From positions 59,959 to 123,958 of the forward strand of contig CAKZPN010000006.1 in assembly GCA_937139335.1 (NCBI GenBank): a stretch of 64,000 bases of DNA, read 5' to 3'. The position numbers and the translations under genes are program-made. Below the pieces are notes generated by a model. The model did no database searches and was not told the origin of the DNA. It worked only from the letters and a program-made list of their open reading frames with translations. The DNA is from an uncultured Roseicyclus sp. (GTDB lineage: Bacteria > Pseudomonadota > Alphaproteobacteria > Rhodobacterales > Rhodobacteraceae). Within the stretch, counting starts at the first letter, position 1. Each line of letters opens with the position of its first letter. This document shows, piece after piece, positions 1 to 9,085 of the stretch.

Positions 1-335
1 ATGCCCAGCGCCTCGATGCCCGGTGCCGCCGCGGTCAGCCCAACTCCAGCAACCGGCTGCTTTTCACAAGCTATGCCGGGCTTCTCGGCTTCGAAGCCTT
101 CAGTCTCGTGCCGGAACTGCTGACGCAGCCACTTCAGGTGATCGTCGGAGGGCGGCGCGGCAACACCGGCCAGTATGAGGCCGGGCACAAGCTGTTCAAT
201 CTCTCTCCCGCCACCGAGAAGGACATCTTTGTCGTCGAGGGGGCCGGCCACTACGACATGTACTACAAGCCGGAATACGTGAACCCGGCGATCGACCGGC
301 TCGCGCCGTTCTACGCGAGACATCCTGGCGTCTGA
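1..335 (+). CDS. alpha/beta hydrolase fold protein, C-terminal fragment (5' end outside window)
   Basis: Frame 3 is open from base 3 to the TGA at 333-335. The tail ...FVVEGAGHYDMYYKPEYV... resembles the catalytic-His region of alpha/beta hydrolases. The listed ORF 108..335 covers only the part after an internal GTG. Confidence 0.55.
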   Translation, partial: AQRLDARCRRGQPNSSNRLLFTSYAGLLGFEAFSLVPELLTQPLQVIVGGRRGNTGQYEAGHKLFNLSPATEKDIFVVEGAGHYDMYYKPEYVNPAIDRLAPFYARHPGV

Positions 336-450
336 GGACGGGGCCACGCATGTCCGCAGACGCGGCAATTTCCATCCAGCGCCCCCACAGCCCTGTTCAT
401 TGCCGGCGCCGTCCCCGCGCGCAGAAGGGGGGACGGCGCCTGTCACCTTG

Positions 451-1257
451 TCAGCGTGCGCCTGCGATGTTGAACCCGCCATCGACCAGAATGCTCTGCC
501 CGGTGATGTAGCGGGCTGCATCCGTGCAGAGCCAGACCGCCACATCGCCCACGTCGTCGGGCAGAGCCAACCGCTTCAGGCCGGTATGTGCGGCGATGGC
601 GGCAAGCATCGGTTCGGGCATCCCGTCGCTCATCGCTGTCAGGGTCATGCCGGGGCTGACATTGTTGATGCGGATCCCGTCCGCGCCCGTCTCCAGCGCC
701 AGCACGCGCGTCATGGCGTCGACCGCTGCCTTGCTCGCCGCATATGCCGACAAACCCGCTGTCCCCCCGGTGGCCGCGATGGAGGACGTGTTCACGATCG
801 CGCCGCCGTTGCCCGCCGCGCGCATCGCGGCAATCTCGTGCTTGAGCATGAGCCAGGTGCCGCGCGTGTTGATCGCGAGGACCTGGTCGAATTGCGCCAC
901 CTCCATCTGTTCGATCGGTGCGAAGGCCGGAGCGCCCGCATTGTTGAACGCGATGTCGAGCCGTCCGAAGCGGGCGACGGTCGCATCGACCAGATGCGCC
1001 ACGGCAGCCTCGTCACCGATGTCGGCCTGCATGACCATCGCCGTGCCGCCCATTTCGGTGATGGCGTCTGCGACCTGCTCCAGCTCGGCCAGCCGCCGTG
1101 CGGCGAGCACGACCGACGCGCCTTGGCGGGCAAAGGTCATGGCCGCGCTGCGGCCGATCCCGGTGCCGGCTCCGGTGACGATGGCGACTCTCTCGGCAAG
1201 TGGCCGTCCGTGGCCGTCGTTATTGATGGCTGAACTGCTCAGGTGGGGAATTGTCAT
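451..1257 (-). CDS. short-chain dehydrogenase/reductase (classical SDR)
   Basis: ORF 451..1713 trimmed to the ATG at 1257 (MTIPHL...). Carries the TGAGTGIG Rossmann motif, NNAG and YAASK (YxxxK). Divergent from the LysR gene at 1354. Confidence 0.9.
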   Translation of the reverse strand: MTIPHLSSSAINNDGHGRPLAERVAIVTGAGTGIGRSAAMTFARQGASVVLAARRLAELEQVADAITEMGGTAMVMQADIGDEAAVAHLVDATVARFGRLDIAFNNAGAPAFAPIEQMEVAQFDQVLAINTRGTWLMLKHEIAAMRAAGNGGAIVNTSSIAATGGTAGLSAYAASKAAVDAMTRVLALETGADGIRINNVSPGMTLTAMSDGMPEPMLAAIAAHTGLKRLALPDDVGDVAVWLCTDAARYITGQSILVDGGFNIAGAR

Positions 1258-1353
1258 TTCTGATCTCCGTGATGTGATGAGAGCAAAGATGGCCCCTTGA
1301 TTGTAAGCAGCAAGGTGCCATAACCGCGATGAGGTGTTGATCTGGAGACAACA

Positions 1354-2262
1354 ATGCGAGGCCCCGAGTTTGCCGAACTCACGGCGTTCATGGCGGTCGT
1401 TCAAGATCGCAGCTTTCGCGGGGCGGCCCGGCGGCTGGGGGTGACCGCGTCGTCGCTCAGCCGGACAATCAATCGCCTGGAGGCGCGGCTCGGGATGCGG
1501 CTGCTCAACCGCACGACGCGCAGCGTCAGCCCGACCGAGGCGGGCGTGTCCCTGCACGCGCGGCTTGCTCCCGTCCTGGCCAGCCTGGACGATGCGGTGA
1601 AGGAAACGGCGGCACTGCAGGACAGCCCAGCCGGAACGCTCCGGCTCAATCTGCCCAAGCTGGCGGCAGATCTGGTCCTGATGCCGCTCCTCGCCCGGTT
1701 CCGTCAGGCGCATCCGTTGATCAGGTTGGACCTCATGATCGACGACGGCCTCAGCGACATCGTCGCGGACGGCTATGACGCGGGTATTCGGATCGGAAGG
1801 CGCCTGGCGAAAGACATGGTCGCCCTTCGGCTGACCGACGATTATCGCATAGCGGTCGCAGGATCACCCGAGTACTTCGCCGAACATCCGATGCCATCAG
1901 CGCCGGAGGATCTGCGCACCCATGCCTGCCTAAACTACCGCTGGGCCGGGTCCGGCGCACTGTATCGCTGGCATTTCGACGGACCGGATGGTCCGCTCGA
2001 CGTCGATGTCGACGGACCGCTTGTCGTCAATGATACACACCTTCTCCGCGAGGCGGCGAAAGACGGGATGGGACTTGTCTGCCTGCCCGAAACGTTCCTC
2101 GCCTCCGATATCGAAAGCGGCGCTCTGATCCGCGTTATGGACGCATGGTGCAAGCCCTTCCCCGGGTTCTACCTCTACCACCCGAGCCGCCAGCGCACGC
2201 CCGCCGCCCTCCGGGCGATGATCGATTTCCTGCAGGCGCAACGGGCAGGGCCACGGCCCTGA
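1354..2262 (+). CDS. LysR family transcriptional regulator
   Basis: 302 aa. N-terminal wHTH (FRGAARRLGVTASSLSRTINRLE) followed by a LysR substrate-binding domain. Divergent from the SDR gene across a 96-nt gap. Confidence 0.9.
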   Translation: MRGPEFAELTAFMAVVQDRSFRGAARRLGVTASSLSRTINRLEARLGMRLLNRTTRSVSPTEAGVSLHARLAPVLASLDDAVKETAALQDSPAGTLRLNLPKLAADLVLMPLLARFRQAHPLIRLDLMIDDGLSDIVADGYDAGIRIGRRLAKDMVALRLTDDYRIAVAGSPEYFAEHPMPSAPEDLRTHACLNYRWAGSGALYRWHFDGPDGPLDVDVDGPLVVNDTHLLREAAKDGMGLVCLPETFLASDIESGALIRVMDAWCKPFPGFYLYHPSRQRTPAALRAMIDFLQAQRAGPRP

Positions 2263-2316
2263 ACGGGACGGCCGTTCCGGCTCGGCACCGGGGCGCGAAC
2301 AGCCCTGTCCAGCCCG

Positions 2317-3240
2317 CTACGCGCTTTGCACCGTGCGGCTGGCGTACTCGCTGTAGAGACGTTGCTGGTTCATGACATCCTGCTTCGGCGCGATGCCGAA
2401 TGTCCGTGAGTATTCCCGGCTGAACTGTGACGCGCTTTCGTATCCGACCCGGTAGGCCGCGTCGGCCACGTTGGCCGCTTCCGATACCATCAAGCGCCGG
2501 GCCTCCAGAAGGCGCAGTTGCTTCTGGAACTGAAGCGGCGTCATGGAGGTCAGGGCCTTGAAGTGCTGATGGAACGACGACGGGCTCATGCGCGCCACAT
2601 CGGCCAGATGTTCGATGCGCAGGGTCTGGGCGAAGTTCGCGTGCAGCAGGGTGACGGCTTTCACGACCCGCTCGATGTTCGAGTCCGGCAGCGCCAGCTT
2701 GCAGATCTCTCCGCCGTGGGGGCCGCTCAGCAGCCAGTAGCAGACTTCGCGCATCACCGAAGGGTAGAGGATCGGGATCGATTTGGGTGTCGCCAGCATC
2801 CGCATCAGGCGCAGGATGCAGTCGGCCAGGGCATCGTCGACTTTGCCCACGAACACGCCGGGGCCGGAGCTGACGGCCGGGGTCGGCGGCTCGTCCAACT
2901 GTTCGAGGACCTCGCGAAGGGTCGCCACGTCGAAGTCCAGGGTCACGCCGATATAGGGCGCTTTCGGGCTCGCCTCGACGATGCGCCCGCTGGCGGGCAC
3001 CTCGACGCTGACGACCAGGCATTCCATTTCGCCGTATTCGAGGCGCGCGTCCCCGAAGTGCAATTCCTTGGCGCCCTGGATCACGACACAGAGCGACGGG
3101 CGGTAGAGAGCCCGCATCGGCATCATCGCCTCGAAGGACCGGACGATGTTGAAGCTTTCGATCTGCGTGGGAAAGAGGCCTTCGCCGCCGCCCTGTTCCT
3201 CGATGTAGGCGCTGACCGCAGCAAGAAGCGATGTCGACAT
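2317..3240 (-). CDS. AraC family transcriptional regulator (AraC_N-type sensor domain)
   Basis: ORF 2317..3363 trimmed to the ATG at 3240 (MSTSLL...). C-terminal double HTH (MSPSSFHQHFKALTSMTPLQFQKQLRLLEARRLM...GYESASQFSREY). Paralogous to the gene at 14618..15541. Confidence 0.85.
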   Translation of the reverse strand: MSTSLLAAVSAYIEEQGGGEGLFPTQIESFNIVRSFEAMMPMRALYRPSLCVVIQGAKELHFGDARLEYGEMECLVVSVEVPASGRIVEASPKAPYIGVTLDFDVATLREVLEQLDEPPTPAVSSGPGVFVGKVDDALADCILRLMRMLATPKSIPILYPSVMREVCYWLLSGPHGGEICKLALPDSNIERVVKAVTLLHANFAQTLRIEHLADVARMSPSSFHQHFKALTSMTPLQFQKQLRLLEARRLMVSEAANVADAAYRVGYESASQFSREYSRTFGIAPKQDVMNQQRLYSEYASRTVQSA

Positions 3241-3455
3241 GCGAGCCTCCTGTCGGGCACCGGGCCGGCGTGGCTCCTGTCCCTCCGGCGGCGGGCTATC
3301 GTCGCCCGCAGGAATAGGCAAGTTTCTTGAGAGTTCGGGCATTCTGATCATTGGGCGCTCCATCTAACTTGAAGACGCCAGACAAGCGAGGAGCGGGAAA
3401 CCAATGACACATGCAGCGAAGAGGTCAAGCCAGCCTCTCCGGATCCGGGGTGATT

Positions 3456-3824
3456 ATGCTGACACTGATTAAGGACGCGTTCGAAGATTTTCTCGACGGT
3501 GACGACGGAAAGCCGATCGTGATGTTGAATCTTCTGCGGTTTCAGCACGATGGCGGCCGCGAGCGCTACAGCGACTACCTTGCCGTGGCGATGCCGCTGC
3601 TCGCGCGTGTCGGTGCCGACATACTCTATGTCGGCGACGGCCTGCCGGCGCTCTCGGCGGAACCTGGGCAGGATTGGGATGCGGTGGCGCTCATCCGGTA
3701 TCCGAACCGCCGGGCCTTCGCCGACATGGCCCTCGACGCCGACTACCGTGACCGCGCCGGCCCGATGCGCGACGCGGCGCTGATCGAGGCCGTTTTGCAG
3801 CCGATCAGGACGGTTCCCTCCTGA
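3456..3824 (+). CDS. DUF1330 domain protein
   Basis: ORF 3411..3824 trimmed to the ATG at 3456. IVMLNLLRF...DWDAVALIRYPNRRAF pattern typical of DUF1330. Its TGA shares one base with the next ATG (TGATG at 3822-3826). Confidence 0.75.
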   Translation: MLTLIKDAFEDFLDGDDGKPIVMLNLLRFQHDGGRERYSDYLAVAMPLLARVGADILYVGDGLPALSAEPGQDWDAVALIRYPNRRAFADMALDADYRDRAGPMRDAALIEAVLQPIRTVPS

Positions 3825-4588
3825 TGGGATCGGGCAAGCCCACAATCGTAACGTTCCAAGAAAGAAACCTGATGTCTGATCCTGTTGACTCCCGGCGCAC
3901 GTTCCTGGCGCTCACGGCGGCCGCTCCGGCGGTCCTGGCCTTGGGAAGCCCGGCCTCCGCGCAGATCTCCGACGCCATCCCGGCCGCATTGCCGGGGGAG
4001 GGTCGGGCGGCTGTCGGTCGTGCCATTTCCCTGCAGGCCGACGTGGCCGATCCTGCCGCCGTTCGCGCCCTGTTCGATGCCAATGAAGAGGCTTTCGGCG
4101 GCGTCGACGTGGTCGTCAACAATGCCGGCATCATGAATGTCGGGCCCTTCGCCCAGATGACCGATGAAGCCTTCGACCGGATGATCGCGACGAACGTGAA
4201 AGGCGGCTTCAACGTGTTGCGTGAAGCGGCGCGTCGCACCAGGGACGGCGGCCGCATCATCAGCCTGAGTTCGAGCATCATCAACGCGCCGCCGCCCGGC
4301 ACGGCCGCCTACGCCGCCACGAAGGCAGCGCAGGTCCATTATTCCAGCGTTCTCTCCAAGGAACTGGCTGGCCGCGACATCTCGGTCAACGCCATAGCCC
4401 CCGGCGCGGTCGATACCCAGCTTCTCCGCCAGCACGGCGAGGAGGCGCTCAGAGGTATTCCCGAGCAGACGCCCCTCGGGCGCCTGGGGCAGCCGGAAGA
4501 CATCGCAAACGTCATTGCGCTCCTGTGCTCGCGGGATGGCACCTGGATCAACGGCGGGAACGTCTTCGCCAACGGTGGCCTCGGGTGA
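3824..4588 (+). CDS. SDR-like protein with a degenerate cofactor motif and a twin-arginine-like N-terminus
   Basis: NNAG, SLSSS and YAATK (YxxxK) are present, but no TGxxxGxG motif. The N-terminus reads SRRTFLALTAAAPAVLALGSPASAQ. An alternative start is the ATG at 3872. Confidence 0.75.
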   Translation: MGSGKPTIVTFQERNLMSDPVDSRRTFLALTAAAPAVLALGSPASAQISDAIPAALPGEGRAAVGRAISLQADVADPAAVRALFDANEEAFGGVDVVVNNAGIMNVGPFAQMTDEAFDRMIATNVKGGFNVLREAARRTRDGGRIISLSSSIINAPPPGTAAYAATKAAQVHYSSVLSKELAGRDISVNAIAPGAVDTQLLRQHGEEALRGIPEQTPLGRLGQPEDIANVIALLCSRDGTWINGGNVFANGGLG

Positions 4589-4693
4589 GATCAGGCGCGG
4601 CCGGGGCCTCATCTCGGCCGGTCGTTCCCGCGACAGGTTTCCTATGCACAACGCGGCACCCGCTACCGCTTCATTCCAAAAAAGGAACTTACG

Positions 4694-5623
4694 ATGCCAA
4701 GGAATTGGACAGCCAAGGACATTCCGCCCCAGCGTGGCCGCTCGATCGTCGTGACGGGCACGGGCGGGCTCGGTTTCGAGGACGCGCTGGCGCTTGCGCG
4801 GGCGGGCGGGGATGTGATCATCGCCGGGCGCAACCCCGCGAAAGGGGCAGAGGCGATCGCGCGCATCAAACAGGCCGTGCCGCGCGCGGCGGTTGCCTTC
4901 GAGGCGGTCGATCTGGGGGACCTCGCCTCGGTTGCGGCCATGGGCAAACGGCTTGGCGAAAGCCGCACCAGCATCGACGTCCTGATCAACAACGCCGGGG
5001 TCATGACGCCGCCAACGCGACGGTCCACCACGGACGGGTTCGAGCTGCAGTTCGGCACGAACTATCTCGGCCATTTTGCGCTGACGGCGCATCTCCTGCC
5101 GCTGCTGCGCCGGGGTACGTCACCGCGGGTCGTGACGCTGTCCAGCATCGCCGCGCAGGGAGGGAATGCCGCGATCAACTTCGATGATCTTCAGGCCGAA
5201 CGCACCTACACGCCGATGCCGGTCTACGCCCAGTCCAAGCTTGCGTGCCTGATGTTCGCCTTCGAGCTTCAGCGCCGGAGCGAGGCCGCCGGCTGGGGCG
5301 TCGCGAGCATCGCCGCGCACCCCGGCGTCTCGCGAACGGATCTCCTGCACAACGCGCCAGGTCGCCGCAGCGCGCAGGGGATTGCCCGCTCGCTCCTGTG
5401 GTTCATGTTCCAACCGGCGGCGCAGGGCGCACTGCCGACGCTCTACGCAGCGACTTCGCCCAACGCACGGGGCGGCGGATACTACGGTCCGGACAGGATG
5501 GGCGGAACGCGGGGGCATCCGACCGACGCGAGAATCCCGCCGCAGGCGCTGGAGACCCAAGTCGCCGAGCGTCTGTGGGATCTGTCCGAGGATCTGACCA
5601 ACCTCACGTTCGGCGCCCATTGA
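4694..5623 (+). CDS. SDR family oxidoreductase (retinol dehydrogenase/WWOX-like)
   Basis: 309 aa with VVTGTGGLGFE, NNAG and YAQSK motifs. AAAGGA lies 6 nt upstream of the ATG. Confidence 0.9.
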   Translation: MPRNWTAKDIPPQRGRSIVVTGTGGLGFEDALALARAGGDVIIAGRNPAKGAEAIARIKQAVPRAAVAFEAVDLGDLASVAAMGKRLGESRTSIDVLINNAGVMTPPTRRSTTDGFELQFGTNYLGHFALTAHLLPLLRRGTSPRVVTLSSIAAQGGNAAINFDDLQAERTYTPMPVYAQSKLACLMFAFELQRRSEAAGWGVASIAAHPGVSRTDLLHNAPGRRSAQGIARSLLWFMFQPAAQGALPTLYAATSPNARGGGYYGPDRMGGTRGHPTDARIPPQALETQVAERLWDLSEDLTNLTFGAH

Positions 5624-6093
5624 TGTCGACCACCAGCACAGGAATTCCCATGCAGATCAACGACCTTACACCGGCGGCCATGCAGGCTGCGGCGCAGGCG
5701 ATCGGGGACGGGCCCGTGGTGATGGTGAACCTTCTTTGGTTCCGAGACGCGCCTGACTACCCGGAAGGGTTCGACGACCCCAAGCCGGACGCGCGCAGCG
5801 CCTATTTCGAAGGCTACGCAGGCGCGTTTCGTGCGATTGCCTGGGAACAGAGCGTCACCGCGCAGCTTGTCTACGTCGGCCATCGCCTGCACGGCCTGCT
5901 TGCCGGGCCCGATGAGGACTGGGATGCCATCGTCATCGTGCGTTACGAGCGCTTCGCCGATCTGAGACGGATCGTCGAGAGCGAGGCTTACTCCCGCACC
6001 GCGAGCCCACATCGGCGCGCCGCTATCGCCAACTGGCGCTTCTTCGCAACGCGCGCCCCGCTCGGCATACCGGCCCCCGAAACTTCGGGATGA
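5623..6093 (+). CDS. DUF1330 domain protein
   Basis: In-frame ATG at 5623 inside ORF 5245..6093 (MSTTSTG...). VVMVNLLWFR...DWDAIVIVRYERFADL pattern. Its start shares one base with the SDR stop (TGATG at 5621-5625). Confidence 0.8.
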   Translation: MSTTSTGIPMQINDLTPAAMQAAAQAIGDGPVVMVNLLWFRDAPDYPEGFDDPKPDARSAYFEGYAGAFRAIAWEQSVTAQLVYVGHRLHGLLAGPDEDWDAIVIVRYERFADLRRIVESEAYSRTASPHRRAAIANWRFFATRAPLGIPAPETSG

Positions 6094-6207
6094 CCGCGAA
6101 CCTCAGACCGGTCGCAGGCAAGTCAAACTGACGCAACAACACTGACGCTGCCCAGCCCTGACTGCGAATCCCTTGCCTTGTTCCCCGGCGGAACACATGG
6201 TGCCGCC

Positions 6208-7095
6208 ATGACCGATGACAGCGCGACCGACACCGGGTTGGATACTCAATTGCCTCGCATATCCGAACCTCTGGAGGACCTGGCGCGTCTTGCTTTCGAT
6301 CATGCCGAGGCGCTTTGCGCGCCCCAAGACAGATGCGTCAACTACCACCGCTTCTGGAGTCTCCTGCGGGTTCTGGACATGGACGGCCGCCTGCCGCGCG
6401 GCGGGCCGTTCCTGTCGCAGAACTTCAGGGACATCGCCCCGCAGACCGGGCGGCTTCGTGTCCTGCTCGCCGGGGCGGCGGACACCGGTGTGCCGGCTCT
6501 GATCCTGAACACGGTGCTGGATGCGGGACTGGCGCCGGAGTTGACGGTGATCGACAGGTGCCGCACGCCGTTGAGCCAGATCGGCCGGTTCTCGGAGATG
6601 TGCGGTCTTCAGATCACGACGGAACACGGGCCGCTCTGGGATTGCACGGAGACCGGGTTCGATGCGGTCGTCACCCACAATGTGATGCTCTTCAATACCG
6701 ATGGCGATCGGAAGCGGATCTACGCGATGGCGGCGCGGGTTCTACGCCCGGGCGGTCGCCTTCTGTCCATCGAGACGCTCTGTGACAGCTTCACGCCGCG
6801 CCCGCCGGAAAAGACCGAGGAGATGACGGCGAGCTTCGTTGCGCGGATGCGGGGCAAAGGGTTGCCCGAGAACGAATTGGCCCGTCTTGGCGAGGCCGCC
6901 AAGGCGTTCTGGTCACGCCAGAATCGAGCGGAGGTCTACCCCGAGGCCCGTCTGCGGGAGCATGTGGCGGGGGCCGGGCTTCGGCTCCGTCGGCTCGACT
7001 ATCAGGCGGACGATGAACCGACGTCGCCGCGGGTCCTCTCCAGCCCCAAAAGCCGCCAGTTGAGGGCCTTCGTCGCGTCCGAACGCCCCGCCTAG
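6208..7095 (+). CDS. putative class I SAM-dependent methyltransferase-like protein
   Basis: ORF 6178 (TTG)..7095; the first ATG is at 6208. RVLLAGAADTG resembles motif I and VLRPGGRLL a post-motif II element. High GC3 supports coding. The function is weakly supported. Confidence 0.5.
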   Translation: MTDDSATDTGLDTQLPRISEPLEDLARLAFDHAEALCAPQDRCVNYHRFWSLLRVLDMDGRLPRGGPFLSQNFRDIAPQTGRLRVLLAGAADTGVPALILNTVLDAGLAPELTVIDRCRTPLSQIGRFSEMCGLQITTEHGPLWDCTETGFDAVVTHNVMLFNTDGDRKRIYAMAARVLRPGGRLLSIETLCDSFTPRPPEKTEEMTASFVARMRGKGLPENELARLGEAAKAFWSRQNRAEVYPEARLREHVAGAGLRLRRLDYQADDEPTSPRVLSSPKSRQLRAFVASERPA

Positions 7096-9050
7096 CCGAA
7101 CGGCAAGCCGTCCATGACCGTCAATATCGCTGGGTCCGGCAGCCTCAGCCCGGCGAATTCCGCGACGTAGTAGAACGTGCCGGCAAAGACCAGGAGCGCC
7201 AGGAGCGCGATGGGCATCGGGCGTCGCACCGAAAATTCCGTGCCGGTCATCAGCCAGGCAAAGGTCAGAGCCGCCATCGAAACGGGCAGGCCAAGGGCCC
7301 AGACCAGCGGCGGCGTCAGGGCCAGCAGCACCACGGGGATCAGGTGGATGCGGGCAATCGCCGGCTCAAGGCGCGGGTGCCGTCCGCCCGCCGCGCCGAG
7401 CACTGTGATCGCCCCGAGAAGCGCCGTCGCGCACCAGGCCATCGTCAAGGCATAGTCGGAATAGCTGCCGCGCGTGTAGAACGGTGCCAGAGCAAGCGCC
7501 AGGGTGATGATGCAAAGGATGCCGGCCAAGACCGTGTCCTCGGGGCCTCTCGGTTTGGCCTTTTCAAGTTGAGCCTTCTTCCGGCCCGACAGCATCCAGA
7601 GCATCGACAGGATGATCAAGGCGGCGATGATGATGGCCGCCGGGCGGTCCCAGAAATTGATCCGTCCGACAGACACAAGGGGGAGCACCAGCGCAAAGTT
7701 TCGCTCGATGAAGGCGCCGAGAATGAAGGCGATGATGAAGGGCACACGCGGCCAGTCCAGGCGCTTGAAGACGAACCCCAGCAGGCCGAAAGCCACCGCC
7801 ACATAGAGGTCCGCAAGGAAGCCGTTCAGTTGCACGATGGTCACCAACGTCGCCACGAGCGCCGGCAGCGCGACCCGGTCGATCCTCAGCCTGGTCAGGC
7901 GGGCGAGGGCGGGCGACAGGGAGACGCCGATGATCGAGGTCAGGATATTCGACAGAAGCAACGCGAAGATCAGCGTCAGCGACAGCGACAGGCCATCGGT
8001 GAGCATCGGCAGCCCCGGCGTCAACCCGTGGATCCCGAGCACGGTCACCAGGATCACGCCGCCTTCGCTGCCCGGCAGCCCGAAGGCCAGCACCGGGAGG
8101 AGCGATCCGCCGTCCTTGCTGTCCACCGCCGCTTCTGGCGCGATCACGCCGCGGATGTCGCCGGTGCCGAAGGTTTCGGGCCGTTTGCAGGTCTGAACTG
8201 CCTGGCTGTAGGCAACGAAACTCGCCACCGTTCCGCCGACGCCCGGTATCACGCCCACGACGCTCCCCAGGATCGAGGAACGCAGGGTCAGGCCGGGGTG
8301 CCGGAAGACCGCCTTCACGCCCTCCAGCGTCGAGCCGGTGCTGAGCTCCCGATCCTCGCTCGAAATCGTGTAGCTCTTTCGCCAGCCAATGATCTCGGAG
8401 AGCGTGAAGAAGCCCAGAAGAACGGCGACATTCCCGAAGCCATCGAACAGTTGCAGACTGCCAAAGGTCCAGCGCTCCAGCCCAGTGGTGGGGTCGCTGC
8501 CGATCATGGCGCAGATCAGCCCCAGCAAGGTAACCGCAAGGGCGCGGGAGGGCGACGAATTGGGGATCGAAATGATCGTCGACAGGCCCCAGATGCCGAG
8601 CAGCACGCGCTCCAGCGGCCCGAATTCGAGAAGGAAGGGCCTGACGAGCGGCAAGATGGCCAGAAGCGCGAGGATCCCGAACAGCGACCCGACCGCCGAG
8701 GCGGTGGCGGCGCAGGCGATGGCGGTCCGCGCCTGCCCGTTGCGGGCCATCGGGTGGCCGTCCAGCAAGACCGCGGCGCTGGGCGCGTTGCCGGGAACGT
8801 TGAAGAGGATCGCTGTGATCGACCCCATGAAGGTCGCGCCGCCAGTCAGCGCGCCGAACATCAGAAGGACCGAGACCGGATCCCAGTGAATCGTTGCGAT
8901 CAGGACCAGGGCCGCAAGGCTCGTGTTGCCAATTCCCGGCAGGAAGGACCCGACCATGGCCACGACCGTCCCGATGACCGGTATGAAGATGTTCGGGAAC
9001 GACAAGACGTTGCCAAGGCCGGTCATGACGTCGGAGAAATAGTCGGTCAC
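7092..9050 (-). CDS. tctA: tripartite tricarboxylate transporter permease, TctA fused to a C-terminal TctB-like domain
   Basis: 652 aa with a GTG start. The first ~500 aa are TctA-like (GIGNTSLAALVLI..., GLPGSEGGVIL). The last ~150 aa form four hydrophobic segments ending ...FAGLRLPDP, like the separate TctB at 48406. Confidence 0.85.
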   Translation of the reverse strand: MTDYFSDVMTGLGNVLSFPNIFIPVIGTVVAMVGSFLPGIGNTSLAALVLIATIHWDPVSVLLMFGALTGGATFMGSITAILFNVPGNAPSAAVLLDGHPMARNGQARTAIACAATASAVGSLFGILALLAILPLVRPFLLEFGPLERVLLGIWGLSTIISIPNSSPSRALAVTLLGLICAMIGSDPTTGLERWTFGSLQLFDGFGNVAVLLGFFTLSEIIGWRKSYTISSEDRELSTGSTLEGVKAVFRHPGLTLRSSILGSVVGVIPGVGGTVASFVAYSQAVQTCKRPETFGTGDIRGVIAPEAAVDSKDGGSLLPVLAFGLPGSEGGVILVTVLGIHGLTPGLPMLTDGLSLSLTLIFALLLSNILTSIIGVSLSPALARLTRLRIDRVALPALVATLVTIVQLNGFLADLYVAVAFGLLGFVFKRLDWPRVPFIIAFILGAFIERNFALVLPLVSVGRINFWDRPAAIIIAALIILSMLWMLSGRKKAQLEKAKPRGPEDTVLAGILCIITLALALAPFYTRGSYSDYALTMAWCATALLGAITVLGAAGGRHPRLEPAIARIHLIPVVLLALTPPLVWALGLPVSMAALTFAWLMTGTEFSVRRPMPIALLALLVFAGTFYYVAEFAGLRLPDPAILTVMDGLPFG

Positions 9051-9085
9051 GATGCTGTCCGGTCACCCGCCGTGGAACTGGAACA

